Shown: positions 1 through 14,700 of the stretch, one piece after another
Position numbering within the stretch: position 1 is the stretch's first letter
How the letters are laid out: each line of letters starts with the position of its first letter
Source of the DNA: Antedon mediterranea
Taxonomy: Eukaryota; Animalia; Echinodermata
Assembly (NCBI RefSeq): GCF_964355755.1
Contig: NC_092674.1
Coordinates: 20,336,001-20,400,000, forward strand
Length of the DNA: 64,000 bases
Direction of reading: 5' to 3'
Program-made: the position numbers and the translations under genes
The notes under the pieces: model-generated
The model's input: only the letters and a program-made list of their open reading frames with translations
Database searches by the model: none
What the model was told of the DNA's origin: nothing

Positions 1-1599
1 GACCAATCTTTAATAACACATCTTTTTAATTACCTATTATGATATTTGACAGTTGATTCGACTCGCATAAACAAAATTAAATATAAGTTGTAGGAGGAGA
101 CATTGGAAGATTTTCTTACCAGGTAATAACAAAACCTTCTCCAGGAGTCATATTTTGTCATCTCATTACCGAACATGCTCCTCCTTTTTTTAATTACCGG
201 ATCCTCAAAATAGAATTATATATCTATAGTGAATTTTGATCAATTATTTTTTCTAAATAAAATTATGAACAGTAAGTGGCTTGGACAATAATGAGAAGTC
301 TGACAAAAAAAACAAAAAAAAAACGAAAAAATATAAAATAATGAACAGTAAGATGTAAAATATATAATTTAAAAGTGATTATAGAGTTTGTTCTTTCATG
401 TACTCAAACAAGCAAAACAATAGTAAAGAGTTGATGGTAATGTCTTACATAACATGGGTATTTGCGGCATAAATAACAATTTCGAGAACTCTCGACTTAG
501 GCCTATCTCTGTGATATATATGTCTATCTCACATAATAATCCGACCCTTTACATACATTTAATAGAGTGAAAATATTACAGACGCAGCTTTTCAACCTAA
601 ATTAAAAACTTGTTTTAATAATGTTGTTATCATTCAACGTTATTATGTTGTCTTGACGCATCAGAAAGTATCATACATACTATAATTATTTTTTATATTA
701 TTTATTTTAAATTAAAAACACTATTTTGAAAAGGATCTTTTTAATTATCTCATACTGGTTATTTTGCACTATATACCACATCTGGTCAAGTCGTTACCTG
801 TTACCAGACTAATAACAATACTATCCCGCCGAAGGGGATGACAGATATTCACGATCCATGGAAAACTTTTCATTACGCGTCTCAGGTATTACAGGTTTGA
901 TTTTAAAAGCTTCCCATGACTTTGCTATTGTTCAGTGCAGCCAAAAGTCTGAATTGTGTGGCAGAGAAAGACAAACTGTTCACGCAACAGCGATCATAAA
1001 GATCCGGGCCTGGCCAACCTTTTTATTATAGATGATTAAAGAATAAAGTGAACTTTTTTATTTGAAAAATAGAAAACCGCATAACCACAGCACAATGATG
1101 AACTGTAAAGTGTATCAACATATATTTGAAATATTGATCCCTTAAGCAAAAATTATGAAGGACCCGATTTAAATGTTAATCAGTCCGTGATTTGTAATAT
1201 GTCGTTTGAACTATATAAATGAAAAGAAACTTTTTGGGATTACGTGTGCTATTCGTTTGGTTGTGATATCCAACAACCGTACTTAAACTCCTTACATTAT
1301 TTATATACCTATTCGCCATTGTTTTGAGTTCCATGTTTTACCTAGTCAACTTATAAGTTGGTCAAGAGTGACGAATTGTCTTCGTGGCATCAAATATGGA
1401 GGAATTTTATAGTTTACTATTTTAGTGTTGTATGTCTACGCTCTATTCTGTAACCATCCAACCAACAATACCGATCATTATGCATCAGAAGTAATCCTCT
1501 ATGCAGGAAATTTTATAGTAAATGCTTCATTTTGTGAGGATTGTGTTGTTTAAGTATATTGTCTTAGTATGTGTAGCATTGTGGTGTGACTTGTGAAAA

Positions 1600-1950
1600 T
1601 TATATAGTTCCTTTAGGTTTGTTACAGCAATGTATTTGGAATGATTTTAAGACAAGCTATGAGTTGCTGTGTTATTGCAATGGTTGTAGAGAACCATGTT
1701 CCATTCTTTTATGAATTCATTCTTAAATCTATCATTAGTTTTAAAACTAAGATTGAAAATAGTTGCTTAAAATATTCCAAACTGTACAGGAAATGACCCA
1801 ACTACTATGCATAATAACTTCTTTTTTTAGTACTTTTCAAACCTTATTTGTTGCAAACATGAACTCACCATTCTGTAGTCGAATCTCTTTAGGCCTATGC
1901 AACTATTTGTATTATTATTTGTATAGTGTTTGTTTCTCTTGATATGAACC
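1600..1950 (-). pseudogene. Possible relic of a Penelope-like element ORF N-terminus
   Basis: Minus-strand frame with stops, QQIRFEKY*KKKLLCIVVGSFPVQFGIF*ATIFNLSFKTNDRFKNEFIKEWNMVLYN, then TQQLIACL after a shift. Resembles the C...P...F...W..IL pattern upstream of PLE reverse transcriptases and is preceded by a strong acceptor TTTTATTTCAG at 1950-1960. No RT motif is seen. Confidence 0.3.
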
Positions 1951-3259
1951 TGAAATAAAATTAAATTGTTTTGTTAACCATCTTTTCACATTCGCATAGG
2001 CATAATGTCTGGTTACAATGTCACTGCTATTGTATCAGTCTATAAATACATTTTATGAAATGCGAAATGCAATTCGCTAGATATATAGTTAGTATATATA
2101 CAGTATAGGCCTACAGTACATTGATGGTAACGTTTGCTTAATTTATCTACACCATATGATTAGTTTTACACCCGTATTAGTGGGGAACCCAATGTTCCAA
2201 ATATCAATTCCGTGAGATTTTAATGCTCAAGTTGAATTCTTGGCAATTTTGTTGTAAGATTTGGCATACAAATTACGTTCGTACATGGTTTAACATAGGA
2301 GCTACTATCATTTTTGGGTAAAAAATAGGGGCCATTTTTAAATCCTAGTCACACCATCTAATCGTAATAAAAGCATCAGACAGAAACGTCTACCACTCGA
2401 GCGAGCGTTAGACCAATGCAACAGGTATGTTCGCATTAAATTCAGGTAAATTGTTTGCAAAGCTGTGATGACGTGGACGTCATCAAAGAGTACATACTGT
2501 TTTGTGAGGTTTAGCAACACTTACACATAACACAATTAAGATTTCCGTTAACATAGTTAAATCACACATAAGAGAGAAAGTAAATGATGTTTTTCAAAGT
2601 TTGTTTTATATCTCTAAATATAAATGAGTTGTATGTTATAGTGGCTCCGCCGACAGGATTCGAATATTCTTATCTTTTACCAACAAATTGTTGATTAATG
2701 TACCGTATCTCTACAGTGTAAAGTCTTCCATAAATTATATTGTAATCAAACAGATAGTAATGATGATTGCATTTCCTTACAGATTGGTTTATGTGATTAA
2801 TATTATTATATGCCTACCAAATATGTTCTTCATTGTAGCGGTAATGTATAATTATTATTGGAATATCATTTGCGAAGCATTTCAAAAAAATCGGCTATCT
2901 GTTATCGAAGTATGATTTATTTACATCAGATAACATCAGCTTCATAATATAGATTGAATTACTTCATTTTTAATTAATTAGATGATTGATGGTGATGTAT
3001 GTTTGCACTATCGTCATTAATGTGTTGTCTGAAGGTTACGCATCTTCATCGTGCTGACACGGCGTGCCCTATTGTACCACCACGAGCTGATAGGTAGGCC
3101 TAATTAAAGAAATGGAGTTAATTATTAATATACACTGTTTATTCAACGCATTGTTACAATGGAATATAGAAGTCTGGGGTAGCACTTATAAAACATATTT
3201 ATAACATATTTTTATTATTAAAAAGATGTTTATGCAATTTTTTACTTTTTCTTAATTTA

Positions 3260-3490
3260 TAAAATTTTTTTTATTTATTTATTTTTTATTATATATTTAG
3301 GCAAATTGCCAGGGATAACCATAGCTAAATAATTCACTATCCTTCTTAAAGATGGCAATCCTGTTCACAAGACAAACTAGATGCTCTACAAAAACAAAGT
3401 CTTATTACAGGGGGAGTTGTAATTTGTCATTAGAACCCAGGATCCTTGAATTGGTAGCCAAACATTATAACCACCAACGCGTCATCTCAT
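3260..3490 (-). mobile_element. Degenerate tRNA-derived SINE
   Basis: Minus strand has an A-box-like TGACGCGTTGGTGG, a B-box-like CCTGGGTTCTAAT and an A-rich 3' tail at about 3260-3295. Confidence 0.4.
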
Positions 3491-4024
3491 CTCATATATT
3501 AATATTTTCTTTTTAAATATTAAAAAAAAAACATTCAGTCTCTAACAGGATCTCCACACTCTATAAATAAGTTATTTGATTTCATATAACAATGTGCATT
3601 AAGTAAATTAGGCCTATTATATATTTAAATGAACAAATTCTGTCATTTTACAAGATTAATAATTTTCTTGTTTTAACGTTCTGCTATTTTTAATATTTAA
3701 TTTTCCCATGTTTGTATAAATATTTCCTATTTAAACTTTGAACCGAACTCATACAACCTATTTGTGATTTATACTCATGGTACACTGCAAACAAAATCAG
3801 TGATTATTTTATATTGTTTAACATTTAAGATTGACCAGGTATAAACAAGGTAAAACATCCCACAGCCCCTACCATGACTGTTCGATTTAAAGTTACTTAC
3901 ACCGGCTCAACATTTTTGAACAACATGCCTTTAGATATAAGGAATATTAAATCAATAAATAATGTTGGTAAAAAATATAGCAGAAGTTTTGTTATCAAGA
4001 TACTAAATAATGATTGCTCTCATG

Positions 4025-4095
4025 TTTTAGTCGCGTGAAACGCGACTCTACAGCTCACTATGTCGGTCAGTTTGTTGGTCGGTTGGTCGTCGGTA
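4025..4095 (+). mobile_element. End of a Helentron-associated (HINE/DINE-like) element
   Basis: T-run, then hairpin AGTCGCGT-gaa-ACGCGACT (4029-4047), then a degenerate (GGTC/GGTT)n tetranucleotide tract, which is the usual HINE layout. The other end was not found. Confidence 0.5.
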
Positions 4096-4432
4096 AACAC
4101 TAACTTGATCACGCATTATATAAATTTCATCGTACTGTATACAATGTGTTACATTAGTATGGGGAAAACCATCGATTAGTGATAGCTATTTTTATTTGCT
4201 CCCATTTACCATTAGTGAATTAAGAATAAAACTTTTCACTCGTTATCGAGTTTCTTCTCTGATCAAGATATACTTTTATATATACTTTCAATTATACATT
4301 TCAGCATTTTCCATTTTCGGTTTCTTAAATTTAATAAACAATACATTAGATTGAAACGAATGTTATACGATTTCCAATTATTTACGACCGCCAAATATTG
4401 ATCTTCTATCTTTAAAATCAACATTATTCTTA

Positions 4433-4587
4433 AGCCATGTCTACACTATCAAACTTTATGTGACAAAAAAGAGTGATGTGCACAAATAATGGTAGTGATT
4501 TGCTCACAGTGATATGACATTATTATGTAAATATATGACCACATCACATTGTTTTGTCACATTCAGTTTGATAGTGTAGACAAAGCT
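4433..4587. mobile_element. PIF/Harbinger-like MITE
   Basis: Imperfect terminal inverted repeats of about 50 bp (AGCCATGTCTACACTATCAAACT...AGTTTGATAGTGTAGACAAAGCT) flanked by TTA at 4430-4432 and 4588-4590. A second family member is at 30349. Confidence 0.8.
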
Positions 4588-6005
4588 TTAATCTTGTTCA
4601 ATTTGAATCAATTTGATTGCTTTATTAGATCAAACCATGAATATTTTAATGTATATTATACGTATACCAGGAAGTTCTTTAAAGAAAACTATGAAATATA
4701 ATGAAAATCATTTAAAAAAGAAATATGATAATAGACAGTAAAGAAAACGAACAAATCAACCAAATTTAAGGCAAAGTCAATCAACCTCTGACCTACGAAG
4801 TTTAAAGTACTCTCGCTCCTATTGACAGATTAATCTTAAGTAATGTTAGCTTTCTTGTTAGTCTTCGTTGTCTTTTTACCGCTAACAATACGATTCTGAA
4901 AAATGCCCTAGTTCATTTGACATTTGAGTACTATCTAACTTTTTGTAATCTGTATTCAATAAGTATTTGCCGTAAACGTTTGTCATAATTTACGCGTTTG
5001 AAATAGAATATTGTTCGAAGTCTCTTGGTAAATATTTCGGTGTGTACTGGATATAAGTTTTAGTTTGTACGAGGTAGAATTTCTAAGCTGCTGGGGATTA
5101 CTGTGTGTGCTGAACTCAACCCCAGAGGCCTTACAATCATGTATTTCACAACTTTCTTTCTTCCTTTCCAAAACACACATTTTCACCTTCAATTGGAATA
5201 TTATAGTATATATATATATAATAGTAAATAAATAAAAAAAAACTTAAATTACTTAATTGCTTAATATTATACAGACAAGCATCATAATTTCCACAAGTGG
5301 ACGAAAACAATTATTATACAATTATCTAAATTCCAGTAACATCTGCAAGAGACATTAATACCCTGTATTTGAGTACTGTCTAACATTTGCAACTGGAATA
5401 TAATATGTCAGCTGGTCAGTTTAGATTTTAGTTTATATTTCTGTATGATGTTCGCGTATATGCGTTATCGTAATCTGATTGTGCTATAGGAATACGTTGC
5501 TGGGAGATAGAAGGGTCGATTTTGGCCCACTAAATACTAATGCATCTCTGCGGGATTATTTAAAAAAAAATATGAAAGATGAATCCAAATATGCCCAGTT
5601 TATATTGCAAAATCATGTACTAGTTGTTATTATCTTGTGGTTTTATAGAACCAAGATGTTTAGAAATATACAATGGTCCATCAATAGGTGTAACGATTAT
5701 ATTTTACAATCATTGTCCATTAGCCTACAACAGGGGATTTCCCATAAGAGTAGTCGGTAACACCAATAAAAAAACCTATTTGTCTTCAGGCTTATCGACA
5801 TTATTAAATCTGATTGGGTATCAATGAATAGTAATACTACTTATTCGGTATAATTTACTCGTCGTATGGGTACAAGAACCTGTTTCTATTACTACAATTT
5901 TCATGATCGTTTATAAGTTTTCTATTCAATTATGCCTATACTTATCGATTAATGACTGCAATGATATGAAACTATTCTCCCCATTCAACGAGTACAAAAC
6001 ATTCG

Positions 6006-6266
6006 TTATTTATTTATATAATGTGTAATTTATATAGCGCTATTTCGTGAAGATCCGAGCGCTGTGGACTTTGTTGTTACACATTCTTCTCCCCTAATGG
6101 TCCCATCGTGTCACCGGAAGCCAACTACGGTGTCGACGGACATTACGTCTGTCCACAACAGTGGCTCAGTGTGTGAACTATTAGACTGGGGCAACCCTCT
6201 ACTAGTCTTGAAAGATGTACTAGGTTGACACAAGCAATGTGTACACTGGACCTACGGTTTATAGTC
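6006..6266 (-). mobile_element. 5'-truncated SINE with Deu/Nin-like central domain and L2-type tail
   Basis: Minus strand GACTATAAACCGTAGGTCC...AACCTAGTACATCTTTCAAGACTAGTAGAGGGTTGCCCCAG resembles the conserved Deu-domain core. It ends in AGCGCTATATAAAT...(TAAA)n. Confidence 0.55.
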
Positions 6267-7432
6267 ATTATTATTATTTTATAGCATACCTACAGTTGCA
6301 AAGTAAACTTTTATTCAATTACTATAGGCCTTTCAAAGCGGATTTGCCGTGGAATAGAGCAGTTAATTTAATTTTCAAACATGCAACATTCATCAGTTTC
6401 ACGTTCTAATAAAATGTTAACAAAAAATACCGTGCAATAGAGTCGTTAAATAGAACATACCATAAAATAGAACAAAATTAACCAATCAAAGTGCTAATGG
6501 CAAGGATTCACTCACTGCTTTAACAATAATTAATTTTTATTTAAATAGTAAAAGTAAATAAGATATTCTTGTTCTTTTCATACGGCAGACCTACTTTTTT
6601 TCTTAGAAAAAAAAAACACAATGGTATGGTAACAAAACAATAATTGTTCGTAAACTGATTTGGAAAATGTCTAATTAAGATTTCTGATATTGTTTGAAGT
6701 TTAATTCCTAAATGTAACTGAGATGAGTTGATTCAACCAGTTGGCATGTGATAGACATTTATCAAACCCAATAATGTAACAGAATACGCAACAAAATCAA
6801 GTTCACAAATATAATAATAGGTCTTTCTATGTAATCTACACGTCAGCCTAAAATATCGGCTATACGACATAAAATATTCAAAATTATATGATTAAATAAG
6901 TTGAAACAGAATTGATAGCGCTTAGTTTCATTTAAATAGATCGAACTATTTAGATTGAACGTCGTGAAAGACAGACCACGTTCTACAAATAAAAACGAAT
7001 GCTCTTGTTTTTGATCGTGAGGTTTCTGTGGTCAAACCATATTACTTTTAAATATTTGGCGTAGATAAGGTGAAATCTGACTTTCAAGTAAAACAATGGG
7101 AGTAGCTCTAACGTTTTTGAAATACTTCGAGATCAAAGGAACATTTACTAAGTTAAAACAAAATGAATTTGAATGGTACCAAATTAGTTGAAATGCAAGT
7201 AAACCTACACATTTAAGATATTTCAAAATTAATGTATGTGTATAAAAGCCATATTGTCCACCACTGACAATGTAGCTATTGCTTCTAACAGTCATTTTGT
7301 CCTTGGTCATAATGTTTATAGTGTATAGTCTAATATCGCGTTGTAAAATAAACATTATATCACGTCAACCAGTAATATCAAAGAGATAATTATAGCGGCG
7401 CTAATATAAAAAAATTTGAAAATTTGTCAAAG

Positions 7433-7465
7433 CAGGGAAGAGTGTAATTTCACTCTTATTACCTG
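7433..7465. mobile_element. Shortened palindromic micro-element, copy A
   Basis: CAGGGAAGAGTG-TAATTT-CACTCTT-ATTA-CCTG, flanked by the direct repeat GTCAAAG (7426-7432, 7466-7472). Confidence 0.6.
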
Positions 7466-10400
7466 GTCAAAGAAAATTAAAAAGTCGTTAAAACTCAACT
7501 CTAACGGAGTTTATATTTCTTATTATGCACTACTAAAGATGTTTTTATTCTTCTGTCTTTAATACCACTTAATACGGTTTGGAGGTTATTGGTGATCTTC
7601 TACTGGTTTGTACCGCAAACGTGTTTCATTTAGAAGAATTATGTACCCAACCACTCGTTCCGCTTGCCAATCAAAGTTAATCAATGGCTTAATATTGATA
7701 GGCAGATAGGCCTCACGATGAAGCGTCCGCAAAGCATGCTAGTTGTAGTTAAAAAAGAACGAAAGAAATAAAGGAAAAATCAACGGTGATAGATTCTGTA
7801 CAGGAAAGAACGCAATAATGTAGTTAAAGGAACATATCTATATATCCAAAGTTATCACAATATTTAATCGTACATCAAATAAATAGAATACAGAAAAATA
7901 ACAATAAAAAAACTCCGAAAAAATATAAGACTATATATAGATGCAAAAACACTTAAATTTCGTAGTTTTCATACAAAATGCTTATTTTTTTTAAAATGTT
8001 GAATTCAACATAATGTAACTCCCCAAGAAATCTGTATAAAAGGTAGAATAAAACATTTGCTGTAGAAAAAACCTGTCTGTAGGCCTTCTGTAGGTCTTTA
8101 TCTGCTTTAATAAAAGTTATTAAGATATCTTGAATTAACTCACTCTCAGAAGGACGTATTTCATCTATAACGTTACTGAACCGTAGAAAATCGTTATAGC
8201 GCCCTCATAAACAAATTGAAGTAATTTCGAGAGGCCTACCTAATTACACAGGAACTAAAATGTACATACAAATTAATACAAACAAAAAGGAAAGAGATTA
8301 AACAATGTTCGGTAATACTGTATTACCAAATACTAACGCTTTACTCATTCAACAAAATTATCAGAAATGATGATGAAAACAAGAAGTGTTGATTTGATAA
8401 TCCTATGCCCTATATTTTACAGTGCGAAATAATATCACAGTACTTTACATAGAAATGTATTTGTTTAGAAATGAGAACATAACATTTCTAATCTCTTTTT
8501 AGTAAGTATTCCAATGGGTTTAACTTGAGTTGATAAGTTCCATATCGAACTAGGCGGACGGTCGTATGTATTAAAAGCTTACTATATTTGTTTTAAAGCA
8601 ACCAAAATAACAAACATTACCAAGAGATTGGTCAAACTTCCTTCTTCGTTCTGTCTATGGTTTATTTGCATTACATGTGGACTACGTGGCACGGTGAATG
8701 TTTGATTAAGTTTCATAATGTGCTCATTCTTATAAGAAGAAAACAGAAAAAAATACAAAGCTATTTTACAGTAGGCCTATTTTAAAAGCAGGTAATGACA
8801 GTTAAGTTTCAGGGATAAAATTCGAACTGATTTAGTCAATAGGCCTAATGAAATCATCGTAAGTTAGATAAAACTTCTTATTATAATGTAGAAACATACA
8901 AGGAAGTATGTTCTTTTGAATAGTATATATAAGGTTTTAGTCTCGAAATCAGATCTTTGTTGAGATTCTTCAGGTGATTGCGTTTGAAACAATAATGGGA
9001 TATAAACGGCAGCAGAGCGAGACCAAACCTCAATCGCCTTGAAAATCTCTACTTTTCCATTATCTTCTGCTATTCATCATATAAAAAGAGGAATTATTTA
9101 CTAGACAATCCTAAACTAAACTTTAATAACAAGGACCTCGCAAGATCACTGGAGTCGATAGTTACTGTAGACGTGCTAGAAAGCTGTCAATCAAATGATT
9201 TCATTTAAATATGAAACTATACATTTTGCCCTTTTCTATTTTTGTAACTTACGGTAATAAATTCATTGTATTATAAAATAAGTTATGAAGAAATATTTTA
9301 AATATTAATATAATAACATTAGAACGGCGTTTTACATCAATTCCCATTATATAAGAAATAGCCTAAAACAGTACTGTATAAATGTAGGCCTAGGCCTATA
9401 TAAAATCTGGTTTAAAAGATGTGATCCCTAATTTTACCCTTTTGATTAAAGCAATTATACTAATTAATAAATCAAGTTATTAGAAATTCATATTTTATCG
9501 TTTCGCTTTGTAAATGTTGTATCGAGGACGACTGTAAGTCATCAGTTATCAAAATAATGAAATAATGAATAATGAAAATTGATAAATATTATATTTAAAC
9601 TAAAAAAAAACATTAGTTACTTAGGGATTGCACATGACGGACAGAATTATGTACTCTGCCTTTCGGTTGAAATCTGACAAATATACGTTTTATATAGGCC
9701 TATGCCTAGCAAGAAAAAACACATACAATTATTTATTTAACATTATTATGACTCTTTTGACTAAAGAGTGGCCATGTATATAAAGATTTGATCACACCTT
9801 TAATCATGGTTGTGAGTAATGTCCACGTATCTTTAAGATGTGTTCACACCTGTAATCATGGTGGTGAGTAATTGCACTTGTTAACCATTTGATACCCTTG
9901 ATTGAATAATTTTCTTCAGGTTATTTGCACATTTTAACAATGAAGCTTTGTTCACTAAAAAAAAGAATTGAAAAGAGTATGTGTTGGAATTTGAAAAATG
10001 TATTCACCGAATTAAAAGACAAACACACTATTCTTTGTGTGGTAATTAAGTCATACCACATCATATATAGGGTAGCCTATTGTATGTATATATATATATA
10101 TATATACACTGTATATGTTAGGCATAGGCCTACATTTCATTTCTATGAAATATTATATAGGCCTTGAAATATGTTTATGTTAACGTGTTGCAATTTCCAA
10201 ATAATAAATAAAATTAACTTCAAGCAGTTATATTTTTCTATCAATATGTTTGAAAGAAAGCACATCAGAAACAAGCAAACGTGGATCCAAATAATATCAG
10301 TATATAAATATACTTTATCTTCACTAATTTTACATAGAGATAGTGCACTAAATATTATAATCAAACTTCGATCAATTCAATTCAGACAAATGTTAGATGT

Positions 10401-11394
10401 TCAAAATAACCTACATCCCTCATTCCTCCAATTTTTATCCTATCACTACACCAACACAGATTCATTCACTCGTCCTGACTTATTTAAATACTGGTAAACA
10501 TTTCTGCATTGTTGTAATGGTTTTCAATGACAAATAGGCCGAGGAAAACAAAAAAAATCTCAACTATATTTTTGTTTTATCTGTATCTTAACTCAGTCAT
10601 TGGGTGTGTCGTCATTGGTGGTGCCAATTGTGAGTTTTTGCTTAGTAAGACAGATTAAGAATCTACCTATTGATTATATACTTACTACGGTGCCTACTCA
10701 GAAACTACGCCCTTTGAAGGCTACTCTTAGTAAGCTATTGAGCTGTTTTGGTCAATTTAATATTCCGTAACAAATAATCGTGCTGCGAATAAACTGTACA
10801 AACAAACTAAAAGCACAAATAAGCCATAAGCAAGCAGAAAAAAACTCAATAACGTCGAAGTTAGAGAAAAACAGTACGGTATACTGCATTTTAAATTTGT
10901 GTTTGGGTTGCCTATTACATTGTATTATAATTTATTTTCTTACCGGTAAAATGTTGAAAATGTTTTGTACATGAATTCATAATTATTTTGTTTTTTTAAT
11001 CTTCAGTGTTAAAAGGGAAGGGAATACACAAGTATCTAAACAAGTTTTAAAACCAACTATTACGCCATAGTATTCATTTTACTCTTATTTCAGTTGCAAT
11101 TTTGTAATCATTTGAAATTATTTACGAATAAGCTATATATAAATACGTTTAAACAAATTACTCCATCTTCAACAAAAATATACCTCATCTCTAATTATTG
11201 CCTTTGAATGCTTCAAGTCGTGGCTCTATACTTATACATACCCTAAATAATAACACTGGACCACGATTATTACTGGTATCTAGTTTATAGCCGCGTTAAC
11301 TTTAATGTGGAGGGTTATTTATAAATCAGTTATGTTATCAACTTTGGACAATTAATTGTCATTTACTAATGTACAATGCGCTTGGCTGATCTTT

Positions 11395-11420
11395 AGCCCC
11401 GTCGGGATTCGAACCCGAGT
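11395..11420 (-). mobile_element. tRNA T-arm/B-box fragment (SINE head remnant)
   Basis: CGGG-TTCGAAT-CCCG hairpin (11403-11417) with no D or anticodon arm. Similar remnants near 2645-2665, 21412-21455 and 45264-45282. Confidence 0.45.
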
Positions 11421-11625
11421 ACAGAAGTTGATTTTACTCGTCATTCAGACTTTGAAAAAACAACTAATGGTTTCCAAAATTCAGGGCTACAATGAACAAC
11501 AATAGCTGTACACAGTAAATTAGTCTTTTCTTCATGATTTCATGATTGATGGTGATTAATGTCAGCTAATGGTATATGTATATAAGATACAGTATTTATT
11601 TGCATTTGCTGATTTATGTTTTATA

Positions 11626-11717
11626 ATAATGTATGATAATGTACGATAATGTACGATAATGTACGATAATGTACGATAATGTCCGATAATGTACGATAAT
11701 GTACGATAATGTCCGAT
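11626..11717. repeat. 10-bp tandem repeat (GTACGATAAT)n, about 9 copies
   Basis: Read directly; variants GTCCGATAAT and GTATGATAAT. Confidence 0.95.
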
Positions 11718-14700
11718 GTTTCAGTTTTTCAATAATGAAAGTACTGTAGTATCTTATGAGGAAAACAAGCGTACAGAGTTCCTTTCGAAACAAGGAATCC
11801 CTGAGTGGTCGTATTTACCAATCACATTTAACATTTCCCTTAATTATTTAGTATTTTACTTAACTCAATAAATATTAAGTATTTCCCTTAAATTGTATTA
11901 ATTTAGATAGGAGATTTTATTTTATATTCTAAGGGTAAGTAAGTAAGTATTCTGAGCCTAAGAGTGAATGGTAAATACGAACACTGTACTCTACTAATTT
12001 GTAAATGCAATACAAAATATGTATACCTAATCCACTAGTTGGATAAATAAAAAAAATACACTGTCGCTCTCTTGATGGTAAACAGGGGGTTTTCTGTAAC
12101 ATCTTTTAACATTTTCTTATTGGTCATTAATTAAAAAATATAGTAATAAGTATGCCTTGTGTAGCATGAGTATTTAGGTTTTAAACAAATTTAGAAATGT
12201 TTTTCGAGAAATATATGAAACCTGTTTCGCGTCTAAACAATCATTCAGAAAAACTAACATGTAGGGGCACTACGATTAAGTAGGATAAAACGAAAAAAAA
12301 GTCATACCACTATCGATTGGTACTAAATCAGTAATCGTCCAATCTTGAACCCGGTATTGTAGAAGTAAATTTCTTCTCTTTTATGCCTATACTGTAATCT
12401 TTTATCAATTTTGCTCTATGATAGGTCTATTATCTAATAACCATGGACAACCATATACAGGCCTTAAAAGTAAAATTGTTCACATTCTTAGACCTAAGCC
12501 AATACATTATTCTAGGAACTTTTACAATTGTGTCATACTTTTGTGATTGAAATGAAGCTTAATTAAAATTAAAATGTTATGTTATTATTTCACGATGTTG
12601 AAGGGTTCTTCCATTTAATATAAATGTTCTCTTTCCTGATTATAAGCCTACATTCTTTATCCTTGAGAAGATGTGTATACAGTGTTCCAATTCACAGTTT
12701 CTTTTTCTCAGTTATTATTTTATCCATTTTTAAATGTTTTCTCTCTCTCTAATACAATATTTTGAATGTCATAGTTTATCAACATTCATTATTTCCAATT
12801 TAATCATAGAATGTTTTTGCTGATTCACAATTCAAGTCAAACAACGGTCACTAGTCGATCACTATTTATACAAATAGGCCTAGTTAAATTTATTAGTTTT
12901 ACGGTGAATTTTTAAAATATCTACAACTTACCGACATTTCTAGTATTTCCAACTGTGTAGATCTTTTCGATCCAGAATTTTCTTGATGAATGGTTGTTAA
13001 AGCTAGTGTTTGGCCTTAAAACATATTGAAAACAGTTCCATTCTGTGGCAGAGAACAAGTAAATAAGTTTGAAAGGCTTTTGTAGGCTGCCCACAGTATT
13101 GACTCGGCTATAGAGCCGGGACTAAGGTCTCATTCATGGGCGTTGAGTCGCTGAGAATGGCTCTTAGTGTAGGAACAAAACACTTGGAAAACACTTTATG
13201 TTTTGTGGGGTCATTATTAAAAAGACAGAAATCAAAGCTTACAATAACTGTAAAAGAATTAGGTTTATTATTTCTTTTTGTTGCTTATTTAATCCATTCG
13301 TATAAGGGACAATAATGAAGGCATCAATAGGTAAAGTAAACAGGAGAACTTCAATAATCTTTGTAGTTACTCCATTGTAACTAATCGATCGTTTACATTT
13401 GACCTACAAGTTATTGTGAATATATCAGATGAATAAGAACAATAATTCAATATTCAATATGGCATCATGTACATACAATTATGATGACAATACAAATGAC
13501 AAAACATTTTTACAGTTGCAATCTACATTTCGGAAATATTTACACTATTGATTTTTGCTATTGAGATTCCTAATCAAACAAAATGATCAACATCCACACC
13601 TGAAAATAAAAAGATTGATTTATAGTGCACAAATAAATAAATAAATTGATTGCTCACATTATGATACAAACATAATCATGCATGAAACATCTGATTTTAA
13701 CTGGAAATGTTTACGGAAAGAAAAATATAAAACATTGGCTATTTCATGCAGGGCTATCTATGTATAATGTGTTCAGGCTAATCATCATACTTGGATACGA
13801 CCACAATACGTCAATGACCAATGAAATGAAAAACACATTATTGTTATTATTATTATATTCATGTATTTACATGTAAAGTACATGATGAAAATATGTAGTA
13901 TGACAGTGTCTTACAAAACATTGGTGTTTTTCAAATAGAAGAAATAAATACCGTATAGGCCTAATAATAGAGTTATCAATTCAATCAATATAAGAATACA
14001 CTGGAATTTATTTAAAATCTTAATATTATCAAGATAACTTCTTGGATAACAATACATTTATAAATATGTTTTGTAATGATTCCTTTAGTTATAAGTAAAA
14101 AAAAATAATAATAACAAAATTGAAAATAGGGCTACATTCGCACAATGGCCAATGTAATTGTCAGTGTCGTGTTAGTGTTACCTGGTACGTATACCTTGTT
14201 ATCGATGGAAATAAACTTTTTTCTTAAAATAAAGGAATTAGAAGCCAAAAAAAAAAACAAAAAAACTTTCTGAAACTAATTAAAGTTGTTTGTTTTATTC
14301 GTCACGTTTCATTGATACATTTGATAAAACCTAAGAATTTAGTATTAGAATGGAGCTTGTTAAAACCAAATTAAATAAAATCTCATTCCTTTTAGGATTA
14401 CAATGAAAAAAACCTTTATCTTAATTATAATTCTGTATCGATGCACGTTTCAATTGATGTGTGCGTTAAATAAATCCAACATAGCAAATTCCCATCAACA
14501 GTCTTTAAGAGAGCGCTTCTCTGCTCGTATAAGAGGCTTATGGCGTAACTAATTCTACGATCGATATGAAGGATAATACAATCAATTGTAAAGGGCTGAA
14601 ATCCTATTCAAAATAATACATCCCTGGGAACATGGGATCAAAGATGAGTAATTAGCCTTACTGAAAAATCTTTAAAAATCGGACAGGTTTTTGGATGTCA

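Noticed and set aside
10171-10497. 108-aa ORF and the other 60-120-aa AT-rich ORFs in the track
   Set aside because: I/L/F/K/N/Y-biased composition typical of random AT-rich frames, with no domains or coherent exon chain.
11395-11420. tRNA gene
   Set aside because: Only a T-arm/B-box is present and no cloverleaf can be built. The same applies near 2650, 21430 and 45270.
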